A model generated the notes under the pieces. It did not search any database. It had not been told where the DNA came from and worked only from the letters and a program-made list of their open reading frames with translations. The position numbers and the translations under genes are program-made. 64,000 nucleotides of DNA from Hyalangium minutum. GTDB taxonomy: Bacteria > Myxococcota > Myxococcia > Myxococcales > Myxococcaceae. The stretch is from contig NZ_JMCB01000023.1 in NCBI RefSeq assembly GCF_000737315.1, positions 62,001 to 126,000 of the forward strand, written 5' to 3'. This document shows, piece by piece, positions 29,986 to 40,148 of this stretch; within the stretch, counting starts at the first letter, position 1; the number at the start of each line of letters is the position of its first letter.

Positions 29986-31113
29986 TCAAACCTTCTCGTA
30001 CAGCTTGCCCGGGTACTGGATGACCAGCCCGGACAGCTCCAATTCCACCAACGCGCCTGTGAGCGCGGCGGGCGAGAGCTGGCACCCCGCCAGCACCTCA
30101 TCAAATGTGCGAGGGACCCGCTCCAACAGCCGGTAGGCGCCCCTCGCTTCCTCCGAGAGCGCTTCCCAACCTCCCCCCGACCCTGGAGGCACCGCCAACA
30201 CCGGCCGGGCCCCCACCCACTTCCACACGTCCTCTACGTGCAGGCAGGCGTACGCCTTGCCGTCGCGGATCAGCTGGTTGCAGCCGAGCGCGGCCTCGTT
30301 GCGCACATCCCCCGGCAGGGCGAGCACCGGGCGCCCCAGCGCCAGCCCATCCTCCGCCGTGTAGAGCGCTCCGGAGTCCTTGCCGGCCCGGAGCACCAAC
30401 ACTGCATCCGACGCGCCAGCGATGAGTCGGTTTCGCCGAGGGAAGGTCTGGCGGCTCGCCCGGACACCCGGCGGAAGCTCGCTGAAGTACACCCCACCTC
30501 GGTCTAGAAACTCAGGAAGCATGCGGGCTTGCGGCTCATCCAGCTCGTCCAGCGCGGAGCCCAGAAAGGCCCACGTCTCGCCGCCCGCATCCAGGGCACC
30601 ATAGTGGCAGGCCCGATCCACGCCCATGGCCGCGCCAGACACCACACCCACGCCGCCGTCGGCCACCTCGCGCGCGAACTTGCGCGCAAACGGGAGGAAG
30701 CCCTGATCCGGGTGGCGGCTGCCCACCATGCCCAAGCGGCGCCGGGGGGGCCCGATATGGCCCTTATAGAAGAGCACGGGGGGCGCGTCGGGCGCGGCGG
30801 CCAACAGCTCGGGGAACGCACGCTCCCCCGCGAAGGCCAGCTCCATGCCCACGGCGGCGCACCGCTCCAGCACCCGATCCGCTACGGGGCCCAGTGCCTC
30901 CACCTGCCCGAGCCGACGGCGAACCTGCGAGGTCACCGGTACATCGGCCAACCACTCGCTCACCGGACTGCCCAGCAGGCGAGCCAACGAGCCCCCCGCG
31001 AATGCACGCACCGCCTCCAGGGTCTTCGGTCCCAGGCCTGGGACCGCCCACAAGGCCAGCGTGGCGCGCTGCTCAGGTGTCTGCGAGTGTGTGAATGTAT
31101 CCGCCATACCCAT
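29986..31113 (-). CDS. dprA: DNA processing protein DprA
   Basis: PPVLFYKG, VGSR, VSGAAMGVD, FPRRNRLIAG, SGALYTA, LPG, GCNQLIRDG, C-terminal winged helix. Confidence 0.93.
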   Translation of the reverse strand: MGMADTFTHSQTPEQRATLALWAVPGLGPKTLEAVRAFAGGSLARLLGSPVSEWLADVPVTSQVRRRLGQVEALGPVADRVLERCAAVGMELAFAGERAFPELLAAAPDAPPVLFYKGHIGPPRRRLGMVGSRHPDQGFLPFARKFAREVADGGVGVVSGAAMGVDRACHYGALDAGGETWAFLGSALDELDEPQARMLPEFLDRGGVYFSELPPGVRASRQTFPRRNRLIAGASDAVLVLRAGKDSGALYTAEDGLALGRPVLALPGDVRNEAALGCNQLIRDGKAYACLHVEDVWKWVGARPVLAVPPGSGGGWEALSEEARGAYRLLERVPRTFDEVLAGCQLSPAALTGALVELELSGLVIQYPGKLYEKV

Positions 31114-31246
31114 CCCCCCCGTCCGGTTCCCACCTATATAGATGATGGGGCCGACGGAAGGGGGCGCGACACATAAACACCGGACTGGCAGCGGTCAAGC
31201 AGCCAATCCCTCCGCCCTCGGGCGAACTGCGTGTTTCCCACCGCGC

Positions 31247-32473
31247 TCAGCGGCTGGCGGTAGGACCATTCCCCACACGCATCTCGACGCGATCGCCGGG
31301 GAACACCTCGCGCAGGGTCTGGATGAGGATGCAGTTGGCGGTGCGCTCCTTCACCTCGGACACGAGGCAGGTGCCAATTACCTCGTCCGGCAGGTTCTGA
31401 GCCTTGGCTTTGCTGGCGGTCTCATCCAGCAGCCGCTTGTTCGGATTGTCCCGGCGCATCACGGAGAAGGTGTTGCCCACCTCCACGCCGTCGCTGCTGC
31501 CCTTGTCGACGATCAGGAATTGGTGCTCGGCGGTGATGGTGAGGAACGGCTGCATGGCCGTGACGATGTTGCCCTTCACCGCCTTGCTGTTGGGCTTGAT
31601 GGCGACGCGGTCCATCAGGCGCTCACCGTAAGGGCCCACCAGGTCCCCGCGGTGGATGTCATCCCACGTCTCCGAAATCTGGGCGGTGACGTACTTGTCG
31701 CCCACGCTCAGCACGCGCACGGTGCCCAGCAGGTTGGTGAGGTAGCCCACCTTCCGCTGGGTGAGGGGGTGCTTGATCTCCTGATCGGTGCGGAAGACCA
31801 GGTAGCGGTCACCCACCTTCGCGTCGATCTTCCGCTTGAAGCGCAGGTACACCGTCTCCGGGTAGCTGAGCATGTCCGCGTCGGAGAACGAGCTGTCGAT
31901 CTTCCCGGCCTCGTCCACCTCCTTGGCGGTGACGAAGCCACGCGTGGCCACCAGCGTGTTGCCGTTGAGGTCGATGCCGATCTTCCCGCTCGTGGACACC
32001 AGGGACTCGCCGCTGACCGGCCCCAGCTCCGTGGCGGCCTCGAGGTCACCCTCCACCGCCACCATCTCCGTGGGAGCCGGCCCCACGCCCGCCTCCACGC
32101 GCGAAGGCACCTCCTCGCCCGCAGGGAAGAAGCGCACCTTGTTGCCCGGGTAGATCCAGTGCGGGTTGGCGATCTCCGGGTTGTAGGACCAGACCTTGGG
32201 CCAGTACCACGGCGTGCCCAGGTACTGGCTGGACAGATCCCAGAGCGTGTCGCCCTTGACGACGGTGTGCACCTCGCCGGGCGCCTTCTCGCGGGCGTTC
32301 TCCGAGCCGGGCACCTTCGCGCCACCGGACCGGGGCTCGTCGGCGACGTCCGCGCCCTCTGTTTCACCGCCCTCGGCCTCCTCCTCCTGCTCCTGCTCCT
32401 GCTGGGCACGCGCCGACCAAGCCGGCGCGAGCGAGACGGCCACGAGGAATGCTGTGAGGATCCGGGAGCGCAT
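31247..32473 (-). CDS. tsaP: LysM peptidoglycan-binding protein, TsaP-like (type IV pilus secretin-associated)
   Basis: Signal peptide; HTVVKGDTLWDLS..YL..PWYWPKVWSYNPEIANPHWIYPG; directly upstream of dprA, the usual tsaP context. Confidence 0.75.
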   Translation of the reverse strand: MRSRILTAFLVAVSLAPAWSARAQQEQEQEEEAEGGETEGADVADEPRSGGAKVPGSENAREKAPGEVHTVVKGDTLWDLSSQYLGTPWYWPKVWSYNPEIANPHWIYPGNKVRFFPAGEEVPSRVEAGVGPAPTEMVAVEGDLEAATELGPVSGESLVSTSGKIGIDLNGNTLVATRGFVTAKEVDEAGKIDSSFSDADMLSYPETVYLRFKRKIDAKVGDRYLVFRTDQEIKHPLTQRKVGYLTNLLGTVRVLSVGDKYVTAQISETWDDIHRGDLVGPYGERLMDRVAIKPNSKAVKGNIVTAMQPFLTITAEHQFLIVDKGSSDGVEVGNTFSVMRRDNPNKRLLDETASKAKAQNLPDEVIGTCLVSEVKERTANCILIQTLREVFPGDRVEMRVGNGPTASR

Positions 32474-32495
32474 CAGGTGACTTCCTTTCGGGCTT

Positions 32496-33401
32496 CTAGT
32501 GCGACAGGGACGCCAGCCGCTGCTCCGCCTGGGTTGCGGCGGCCGTCCCTGGGAACTGGGTAATGACACGGGTGTAGAGCGCGCGGGCATCTTCCCGCTG
32601 GTTGAGCTTCAACCGGCACTCCGCGAGCCGGAGCATGCCGTCCAACACGGCATCCCCGGCGGGATACGTCTCAATGAGGCGCACGAACACCTGCGCGGCG
32701 CCTTCGTGATTGTTCATGCCGATCATCCCCAGCCCGGCGAAGTACAGCGCGTTGTCCGCGCGCGGGTGCCGGGGGTTCAGCTCGGCGAAGGACTGCAGCT
32801 TGGCCACGCCCGGCTCCACATTGCCGGTGCGCAGCGCGGCCACCGCCTGCTCGAACTCCGCGTCGAGCGCGGCCGTCACGGCCGGATTGGGCGCGGGGGC
32901 GCTGGCGGGCGCAGCCGGCTCGGAGGGTTCGGGCGAGGAGCTGACGAACAACTCCACGTCCTCCGCATCTGGCTCTACCACGGCCACCTTCGTCGGCAGC
33001 GCCGGCGCGGGCTCGGACTTGGGCTTGAGCTTCACCACCGTCAGATCCGGCACCGCGACGTTCGAGGAGGGCTGCGGGGCCGGGGCGGTCGAGGAGGCCT
33101 TGGCCGGAGCCTGCGGAGAAGGAGAAGGAGCGGCGGCGGGGGCCTGCGAAGAAGACCGGGCGCGGAGCACGGCGTTGCTGCGCTCCAGACGCTCGAGCCG
33201 ATCGTTGAGGCGCGTCTGCTGATCCCGCATGGCCCGCAGCTCTGCCGTCAGCGCGGCCATGTCCGCCTGCGAGGCGGAGTCATGGGCGCACGCGGCCAGC
33301 GCGCACAGCGGAACGACGGCAAGAAGCCGCCGGATGATGAGAAGACGCTCCAACACGGGTATCCACCCCCGAGGATAAAGAGCGGCTTCCGACACGGTCA
33401 A
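32496..33401 (-). CDS. TPR lipoprotein, CpoB/YbgF-like
   Basis: Lipobox LAAC, coiled coil, Pro/Ala linker, TPRs (ADNALYFAG, DGMLRLAEC, FPGTAAA). True start probably 15-20 codons downstream. Confidence 0.75.
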   Translation of the reverse strand: MTVSEAALYPRGWIPVLERLLIIRRLLAVVPLCALAACAHDSASQADMAALTAELRAMRDQQTRLNDRLERLERSNAVLRARSSSQAPAAAPSPSPQAPAKASSTAPAPQPSSNVAVPDLTVVKLKPKSEPAPALPTKVAVVEPDAEDVELFVSSSPEPSEPAAPASAPAPNPAVTAALDAEFEQAVAALRTGNVEPGVAKLQSFAELNPRHPRADNALYFAGLGMIGMNNHEGAAQVFVRLIETYPAGDAVLDGMLRLAECRLKLNQREDARALYTRVITQFPGTAAATQAEQRLASLSH

Positions 33402-33416
33402 GAAAACGGCCCCAGC

Positions 33417-34178
33417 CTAAAAGCGGTGAACCACGAAATTGATGTGACGCCCGGTCTTGCCCGAATCCCGCCTGTGCGAAAAGAAACGCCCAGAGTCACA
33501 GGAGGTACAGTCCTGTAGAACGTCCATCTGGGCCACCTTGACGCCCGCGCTGCGCAGCGTCCGTACCACCGCACGGGAGAGATCCAGGCGGAACTCGTCT
33601 CCCCGGGCCACCACCACGTCCGAGCCGAACTTCGCGGCGAAGTTCTTGGCCAACTCCGAAGAGACGACGTAGCAGCACTGCTGGATGGCGGGGCCCACGG
33701 CTGCCAGCAAGCTCTCGGGCCGAGAGCCGCGCGCCACCAGCGCCTCCACCGCGCGCGCGGCGATCGTCGCATCCGTGCCGCGCCAGCCCGAGTGCACGGC
33801 CGCTACGCGCTTTCCTTCCGGATCCACGATCAGCACCGGCACGCAGTCCGCGGTGGACACGCCCACCCAGTCTCCTGCCTGCTCGGTGAAGAGAGCGTCC
33901 GCGTCGCCCGCCTGGGGCCTCAACGAGTCCGTGGACTGACCTCCCGAGACTTGCAGCACCTTGTCCCCGTGCACCTGCTTCACCGTGTGCAGCGCGCCGA
34001 GCGGCGCCCCCACTGCTGCTGAGAGCCGGCGGTAGTTCTCCTCGACGCGCTCGCGCACGTCTCCGACGGTGAAACCCAGGTTGAGCGAGGCCAAGCGGCC
34101 CTCGGAGACACCACCCGCGCGGGTGGCGAAGCCATGAGGGACAGGAAGCAGTGCCGAGGTGATGAACAACGAGGCCAT
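33417..34178 (-). CDS. pgeF: Purine nucleoside phosphorylase/polyphenol oxidase PgeF (YfiH)
   Basis: HGFATRAGG, QVHGD, ADCVPVL, AAVHSGWRG, GPAIQQCCY, CTSC..FFSHRR. Confidence 0.92.
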   Translation of the reverse strand: MASLFITSALLPVPHGFATRAGGVSEGRLASLNLGFTVGDVRERVEENYRRLSAAVGAPLGALHTVKQVHGDKVLQVSGGQSTDSLRPQAGDADALFTEQAGDWVGVSTADCVPVLIVDPEGKRVAAVHSGWRGTDATIAARAVEALVARGSRPESLLAAVGPAIQQCCYVVSSELAKNFAAKFGSDVVVARGDEFRLDLSRAVVRTLRSAGVKVAQMDVLQDCTSCDSGRFFSHRRDSGKTGRHINFVVHRF

Positions 34179-34349
34179 AACGCGTACACGGTACCCCACC
34201 CTTCCCACGTCGGCACGGGTCTCTCTGCGAACCCCACCCGGGTGGGAAATTTCTTCTTTCACCGTTTGACAGCCCTCAGTCGTCCGCCGGACAATTCCAA
34301 CCCTGTAGGTCCCGCTGGAGTTGGTGCCAGCGCCCCACCTCCCGAGATC

Positions 34350-36275
34350 ATGGCTCTGGGTCCCCACACCGTCGGCAGGAAGCTCCTTTGGAGCATTGCC
34401 TTGCCTGGCCTCGTCGTCGCGCTCCTGGGCGCCGGCTACTTCTGGCGAGAGACACGGCGCGCCGTCCAGGACGCGGCTCACCGCGAGGCACTGGCCCTGG
34501 CGGAGTTCATCGACTCCACCTTCACTCTTCCCCAGGCGGATCGCACACATCCACACAGCGCGGTAGCCGAGGTGATCGGCTCGGATACACGCCTGTTACG
34601 TTCGGTGGCGGAGTTGCACGTGCTGACGCCGGATGGACGGATCCGCTGGTCCCGGCAGCGCAGTGAAGAGGGCACCCTTCACCCGGAGGCCGCACGGCTG
34701 ACGGCCCTCACTCCGGAGACGGCGCGCTCGGCGCGGGAGGGCACGGAGGTGGTGCGTCCGCTGGGCGGATCTGACTGTGTGGGTTGCCACACGGGGGACA
34801 CCGCGCAGCGCCTGGGCGTGCTCCAGGTGCGCCTGTCCGAGCCGTTGCTGAGCCGCCAGCTCTCCGCGGTGTTTCAAGGGGCCATGGGTGCGACGCTGGT
34901 GTTCGGCGTCGTGCTAGCGCTGGCCATGGGTCTGGCCCTGCACTTCTTCTTCGGGCGGCCGCTGCGCCGGCTGACCGCCATCATGCGGCGCGCCGAGGAG
35001 GGCGACTTCCTGGTGCGCGCGGAGACGCGGGGAACGGACGAGATCTCCCGGCTGGGCGCGGCGTTCAACCAGATGCTGGCGCGGCTGACGTCGATGAAGG
35101 CGGAGGAGATCGACACGCACCGGGATCTGGCGCTGGCCAACGAGAAGCTGGCGCTGAAGGAGAAGCTGGAGGAGCGCATCACGGAGCTGTCACTGCTCTT
35201 CGATGTAGCGCACTCACTCAACTCAACGCTGGAGCTGAGCGAGCTGCTGGAGCGGATCACCCGGCTCGTGGTGGAGCGGCTGAAGATCCCCAACTTCTCG
35301 ATCATGCTGCGCAACGCGGACGGGCTGCTGGAGATCCGGAGTGCGTGGCCTCAGCACCGGGGCAGCGAGGGGCTCACCTTCGGCATCGGCGAGGGCGCAT
35401 GCGGCCGGGCCGCGGAGACGCTCCGGGCGGTGTACCTGCCGGACGTGGGAGATCGCTCCAGCATCTTCGCCAAGCGCAACCTGGTGGGCGGCACGGATCA
35501 CGGCTCGCTGCTGGCGGTGCCCATGGTGCACATGGATCAGCTGCTGGGGGTGATGAACTTCCAGCGTCCAGAGGTGGCTGGCTTCTCTCCGGAGGAGCTG
35601 GAGCTGCTGATGGCGGTGGCGGATCAGGCCGCCACGGCGGTGAAGAACGCGCGGCTGCACTCGGAGGCAGTGCTGCTCACGATGACGGATCCGCTCACGG
35701 GTCTGCCCAATCGGCGGCACCTGTTCGGGCGGCTCGATGCCGAGCTGGCGCGGGCCGAGCGCTACGGCACCCCGCTGTCGGTCCTGATGATCGACGTGGA
35801 CCACTTCAAGTGGCTCAATGATGCGGCGGGACACCGCACGGGCGACGAGATTCTGCGCAAGGTGTGCGACGTGCTCCGGCCCTGCGTGCGGAAGGTGGAC
35901 ACGCTCGCGCGCTACGGCGGCGAGGAGTTCATGGTGTTGCTGCCGCAGACGGCCAAGGAGGGCGCGGTGGCGGTGGGCGAGAAGCTCCGGCGCGCGGTGC
36001 TGGACTCGGCGGGCTTGGCCGTGCCGACCCAGCCCACGGGGCACGTCACCATCTCCATCGGCGTGGCGAGCTACCCGCTGGATGCCAGCGATCAGGAGAC
36101 GCTGGTGGACTGCGTGGATGCGGCGCTCTACGCCAGCAAGCGAGGGGGCCGTAACAAGGTGTCCGCGTACGAGCCCGGCATGGAGATCCACCCGGGCCGC
36201 GAGCGCGGGCCTCATGCAGGCCGTAGCACGGACAACTCGCGTCCCCTGCCCCCTGCCGGTGTCGCCAAGGCTTGA
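34350..36275 (+). CDS. Membrane diguanylate cyclase (periplasmic CxxCH sensor-HAMP-GAF-GGDEF)
   Basis: Two TMs, CVGCH at 34776-34790, HAMP (DEISRLGAAFNQM), GAF, TDPLTGLPNRR, IDVDHFK, RKVD I-site, RYGGEEF. Confidence 0.92.
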   Translation: MALGPHTVGRKLLWSIALPGLVVALLGAGYFWRETRRAVQDAAHREALALAEFIDSTFTLPQADRTHPHSAVAEVIGSDTRLLRSVAELHVLTPDGRIRWSRQRSEEGTLHPEAARLTALTPETARSAREGTEVVRPLGGSDCVGCHTGDTAQRLGVLQVRLSEPLLSRQLSAVFQGAMGATLVFGVVLALAMGLALHFFFGRPLRRLTAIMRRAEEGDFLVRAETRGTDEISRLGAAFNQMLARLTSMKAEEIDTHRDLALANEKLALKEKLEERITELSLLFDVAHSLNSTLELSELLERITRLVVERLKIPNFSIMLRNADGLLEIRSAWPQHRGSEGLTFGIGEGACGRAAETLRAVYLPDVGDRSSIFAKRNLVGGTDHGSLLAVPMVHMDQLLGVMNFQRPEVAGFSPEELELLMAVADQAATAVKNARLHSEAVLLTMTDPLTGLPNRRHLFGRLDAELARAERYGTPLSVLMIDVDHFKWLNDAAGHRTGDEILRKVCDVLRPCVRKVDTLARYGGEEFMVLLPQTAKEGAVAVGEKLRRAVLDSAGLAVPTQPTGHVTISIGVASYPLDASDQETLVDCVDAALYASKRGGRNKVSAYEPGMEIHPGRERGPHAGRSTDNSRPLPPAGVAKA

Positions 36276-36302
36276 GCGGCGGCTGCGAAGAGGCGCGGGT
36301 GC

Positions 36303-36899
36303 TCAGCGCCGCTCCACCAGCGGCTGCACCGTGGGCAGCATGAGATCCGCCCACTGCTCGTAGCCGCTGTCCGAGGGGTGGAACCCGTCGAAGGAGAAGA
36401 AGTCGGGCCGCTGCGGGAGGAACTCCCGGCTGGCCGAGTAGAGATCCACCACGTGCATGCCGTGTGTGCGCGCTGTAGCCGCGATGGCCTCGTTGAAGGG
36501 CTCGATGCGGCCCTCGTAGAGGTGGCTGGGGACCATGCGTGCCACCGGCGCCAGCGCCATGTCCGGCACGTTGACGATCACCAGCGAGGCCCCCGTTGGC
36601 TTCAACCTCCGCGCGATCCGATCGAGATCGTCACGGAAGTCCTCCAACGAGGTGCTCCGCCACAAGTCGTTGGTGCCGATGCCAAGCGTCACCAGCGTGG
36701 GCTGCGTGGCCACAGCCCGCTTGATCTGCGAGGTGAACACATCGCGGATGACCGCGCCGCTCATCCCCAGGTTGGTGAGCCCGACCGACAGGCCCTGCTT
36801 CCGCAGGCGGGAGGCGAGGCGCTCGGGATAACCCCCACCCTTGCTCGCCCCCACCCCCACCGCGGAGCTATCCCCCAGCGCCACATACGTCACGCTCAA
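36303..36899 (-). CDS. SGNH/GDSL hydrolase
   Basis: YVALGDS, NLGMSG, IGTND, DGFHPS; TTG start after GGAGG. Confidence 0.9.
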   Translation of the reverse strand: MSVTYVALGDSSAVGVGASKGGGYPERLASRLRKQGLSVGLTNLGMSGAVIRDVFTSQIKRAVATQPTLVTLGIGTNDLWRSTSLEDFRDDLDRIARRLKPTGASLVIVNVPDMALAPVARMVPSHLYEGRIEPFNEAIAATARTHGMHVVDLYSASREFLPQRPDFFSFDGFHPSDSGYEQWADLMLPTVQPLVERR

Positions 36900-36918
36900 C
36901 GCGTCCTCCCGCCTCGGC

Positions 36919-38367
36919 TCACGGCACCTTGAGGGCGCGCAGGAACCGGCTGTTGGCACCCGGCGCCAGCACGCGCAGCAGCAGCGTGCCGCCCGATGGC
37001 GTCGCCTTGATGGCCGCAGCCAGCTCCTCGGCGCTGCGGATCGGCTTCCGGTTGGCCTCCACCACCAACATGCCCGGCGCCAGATCCGCACGCTCGGCGG
37101 GCGAGCCCGGCACCACATCGGTGATCAGCGCCCCGCCCTCGTTCCGCGTGAAGCCCGCTTGCTGGGCCGTGCGCGCATCCAGATCGCTCAGAGACACACC
37201 CACGCGAGCCTTGGAGCTCTCCTCCGTCTCGCGCGGCGTGCGCTTGCCGATACCCTCGATGTCAGGCCGCGTGCCGAGCGTCACCTTCAAGTCCTGCTTG
37301 TTGCCATTGCGGTAGAGCGTCAGCGTGGACACCGTGCCGGGCCGCTTCAGCGCCACCACTCGGGTGAGCGCGTTGGCCGAGCCGACCTTCTGCCCATCGA
37401 TGGCGACAACCACGTCATCCAACTTCAGCCCCGCCTTGGCCGACGGACTGCCCGAGGTGACATCGTTGATGATGGCGCCCTCGGTAACGGGCAGGTTGAG
37501 CGCCTTGCCGAGGTCCGCCGTCAGATCCTGGATCTGGATGCCGAGGTAGCCGCGAGTCACGGCGCCCTCCTTCTCGAGCATGGGCACCAGCGCCTTGACC
37601 AGGTTGCTCGGCACCGAGAAACCGATGCCCGTGCCCCCGCCCACGATGGCGGTGTTGATGCCGATCACCTCGCCCTTCATGTTGAAGAGCGGCCCCCCCG
37701 AGTTGCCCGGGTTGATCGCCGCATCCGTCTGCAGGAAGTCGTCATAAGGACCAGCCTCGATGTTGCGCGCCTTGGCCGACAGGATGCCCAGGCTGACGCT
37801 GGAGGCCAGACCGAAGGGGTTGCCAATCGCCAGCACCCAGTCGCCCACCTTCACCGCGTCCGAGTCGCCCAGCCCCACCACGGGCAGTCCTTCCACCTTG
37901 CCCTTGAGCTTGATCACCGCCACATCCGTCAGCGGATCCCGCCCGAGGATCTCAGCCGGGAACGAGCGCCCGTCATCGAGCTTCACGCTGATGGACACCG
38001 CGTCCTCGACGACGTGGTTGTTCGTGAGCACCAGTCCCTTGGGATCGACGATGAAGCCCGAGCCCGCGCCCTGGCGCACATTCTCCCGGCTACCACCCCG
38101 GCCGCCGCCGAAGAAGCGATCCAGCGGGCTGTCGCCCATACCGCCCCGGGAGCTGGACACCTTGGCGACCACCTCCACATTGACGACGGCGGACTTCACC
38201 GACTCCACCAGCGGAGCCAGCGAGGGCAACGCCTGGGCCGCCCGGGTCTCGGGCTGCAGGTTCCCGGTGGCCGGTAGAGGCGCCGCAGGCTGGGCCAGGG
38301 CCACCGTCGAGAACACCATCACTGCCGCTACGACCGTGCTCCGAACACGAAAGTTTCGCTGTCTCAT
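36919..38367 (-). CDS. DegP/HtrA (Do) serine endoprotease
   Basis: Signal peptide, LTNNHVV, DVAVIK, INPGNSGGPL, two PDZ domains. Confidence 0.95.
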   Translation of the reverse strand: MRQRNFRVRSTVVAAVMVFSTVALAQPAAPLPATGNLQPETRAAQALPSLAPLVESVKSAVVNVEVVAKVSSSRGGMGDSPLDRFFGGGRGGSRENVRQGAGSGFIVDPKGLVLTNNHVVEDAVSISVKLDDGRSFPAEILGRDPLTDVAVIKLKGKVEGLPVVGLGDSDAVKVGDWVLAIGNPFGLASSVSLGILSAKARNIEAGPYDDFLQTDAAINPGNSGGPLFNMKGEVIGINTAIVGGGTGIGFSVPSNLVKALVPMLEKEGAVTRGYLGIQIQDLTADLGKALNLPVTEGAIINDVTSGSPSAKAGLKLDDVVVAIDGQKVGSANALTRVVALKRPGTVSTLTLYRNGNKQDLKVTLGTRPDIEGIGKRTPRETEESSKARVGVSLSDLDARTAQQAGFTRNEGGALITDVVPGSPAERADLAPGMLVVEANRKPIRSAEELAAAIKATPSGGTLLLRVLAPGANSRFLRALKVP

Positions 38368-38546
38368 ATCCACCTCAAGCTAAAGCGCCATCCGAGCCCC
38401 GCAAGCAAAAGCGCGTCTCGAATACCTGAGGAGAACAGTGCACCGCCCTGCCTCTTCCCGAGGAAGCGCGGGGGGCCTTGCCCGCATGTGTCCACACCTG
38501 GACGGACAGCCGCCACCCGCCAGCACCGGGGCCCTCCAGGGCCCGC

Positions 38547-40136
38547 TCAGAGCGGCCGGTACATCCGGTAGTCGATCTCCGGGAAGATGTTGTTCCGCGA
38601 CTCGACCAGAGACAGCCAGCTCTCGTCGATATTCCCGCCACGCACCTGATCGTGCAGGCGCAGGAAGCGCAAGACGTGCTCCTTCGTCCGGCGCACGGCG
38701 TAGTCCACCATCGTCCCGGTCTTCATGATGAAGGCCCAATCGGAGGACTGAGCGAGCAGCAGCTCGCGCGCCGCCTGGTTCAGGGCCCGGCGCTGCAGCG
38801 AGGAGGTCTCGGGGAAGTCCCGGGCCAGCCCCACCATCTGCCGGGCGCAGTGGTGCAGGTGCCGGTAGATCCAGTCGTTGGACTCGTCCAGCCACATGTT
38901 GGCGTAGCCGCCCGAGCCCCATGAGGACGCCGGCGGCGTGGCCACCTGGTTGCGCGGGTGCTCGCGCAGATCATCCGACGGCGTCACCAGCTGGAACGTG
39001 CGCTGCTCGGAGGCCACCTTGCGGATGAGGAAGTCGAGGAACTGGGGGCCCTCGAACCACCAATGCCCGTAGAGCTCCGCGTCGTACGGAGCCACCACCA
39101 CCGGCTTGCGATCGCCCATCCGCGAGGACAGGTACTCCATCTGCTTCTCGCGGTTGAACATGAAGTTGCCCGCGTGGGTGGCGGCCCGAGCGCGTGCCTC
39201 CATCGGATCGTACGGCAGCTTGTCCTGCGTCTTGCCGGTGATGCGGTAGTACTTGTAGCCGGTGTTCTTCCGATCCCCCGTGGGCTGGATGTAGGGCCGG
39301 ATGTAGTCCAGCTCCAGGTCCCAGCCGATGTCCCGATAGAACTCGCGGTAGATGGGATCGCCCGGGTAGCCACTCTCCGAGCTCCACACCTGCTGCGAGC
39401 TCTCGGGGTCGCGCGCGTACGCGGCCACCCCCGCCTCCGTGTAGATGGGCGCGAAGGGGCCATACAGCGGGCGCGGCGTGGAGTCCGTCAGCCCGTGGGT
39501 GTCCACGAAGAAGTAGCGGATGCGCTCGGCCGCCAGGAAGCGCTCGACGCCCGGGTAGTAGCCGCACTCGGCCAGCCAGATGCCCGGCGCGTCCCGGCCG
39601 AACGTCAGCCGGTAGTGATTCGCGGCCACGGAGATCTGCGCGCGCACCGCCTCGGGCGTCTCCTGCAGCAGCGGCAGGAAGCCGTGCGTGGCGCAGCAGG
39701 TGATGATCTCCAGGTGACCCGCGTCCTGCAGCCGGCGAAACGCGCTCACCAGATCCCGGTGGTAGCGCCCGTCCCAGGCCACGCGCAGCGACTCGAAGTG
39801 ATCGCGGTAGTAGCGCGCCAGCGGACCGAAGGTGGGATCGTTCTGCGTGCGGTGCACCTCGCGCGCGCCCAGCTCGCACAGCCGATCCAGCTTGCGCGTG
39901 TAGCGCTCCGTGAGGAGGCCATCGCGCAGCATGCTCACGAGCGTGGGGGTGAGCGACATCGTCACCCGGAACGGCACCCCATCCTCGGCCAGCCGGTCGA
40001 ACACCATGAGCAGCGGCAGGTACGTCTCGGAGATGGCCTCGTAGAGCCAGTCTTCCTCGAGAAAGTCCTCGTGCTCGGGATGGCGGACGAACGGAAGGTG
40101 CGCGTGGAGCACCAGTGCCAAGGAGCCCTGACTCAT
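38547..40136 (-). CDS. GH57 alpha-glucan branching enzyme (DUF1957)
   Basis: LHAHLPFVRHPE, ETYLPL, CATHGFLP, GIWLAECGY, PYDAELYGHWWFEG, QSSDWAF. Confidence 0.92.
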   Translation of the reverse strand: MSQGSLALVLHAHLPFVRHPEHEDFLEEDWLYEAISETYLPLLMVFDRLAEDGVPFRVTMSLTPTLVSMLRDGLLTERYTRKLDRLCELGAREVHRTQNDPTFGPLARYYRDHFESLRVAWDGRYHRDLVSAFRRLQDAGHLEIITCCATHGFLPLLQETPEAVRAQISVAANHYRLTFGRDAPGIWLAECGYYPGVERFLAAERIRYFFVDTHGLTDSTPRPLYGPFAPIYTEAGVAAYARDPESSQQVWSSESGYPGDPIYREFYRDIGWDLELDYIRPYIQPTGDRKNTGYKYYRITGKTQDKLPYDPMEARARAATHAGNFMFNREKQMEYLSSRMGDRKPVVVAPYDAELYGHWWFEGPQFLDFLIRKVASEQRTFQLVTPSDDLREHPRNQVATPPASSWGSGGYANMWLDESNDWIYRHLHHCARQMVGLARDFPETSSLQRRALNQAARELLLAQSSDWAFIMKTGTMVDYAVRRTKEHVLRFLRLHDQVRGGNIDESWLSLVESRNNIFPEIDYRMYRPL

Positions 40137-40148
40137 GGGTGGGTGGCC

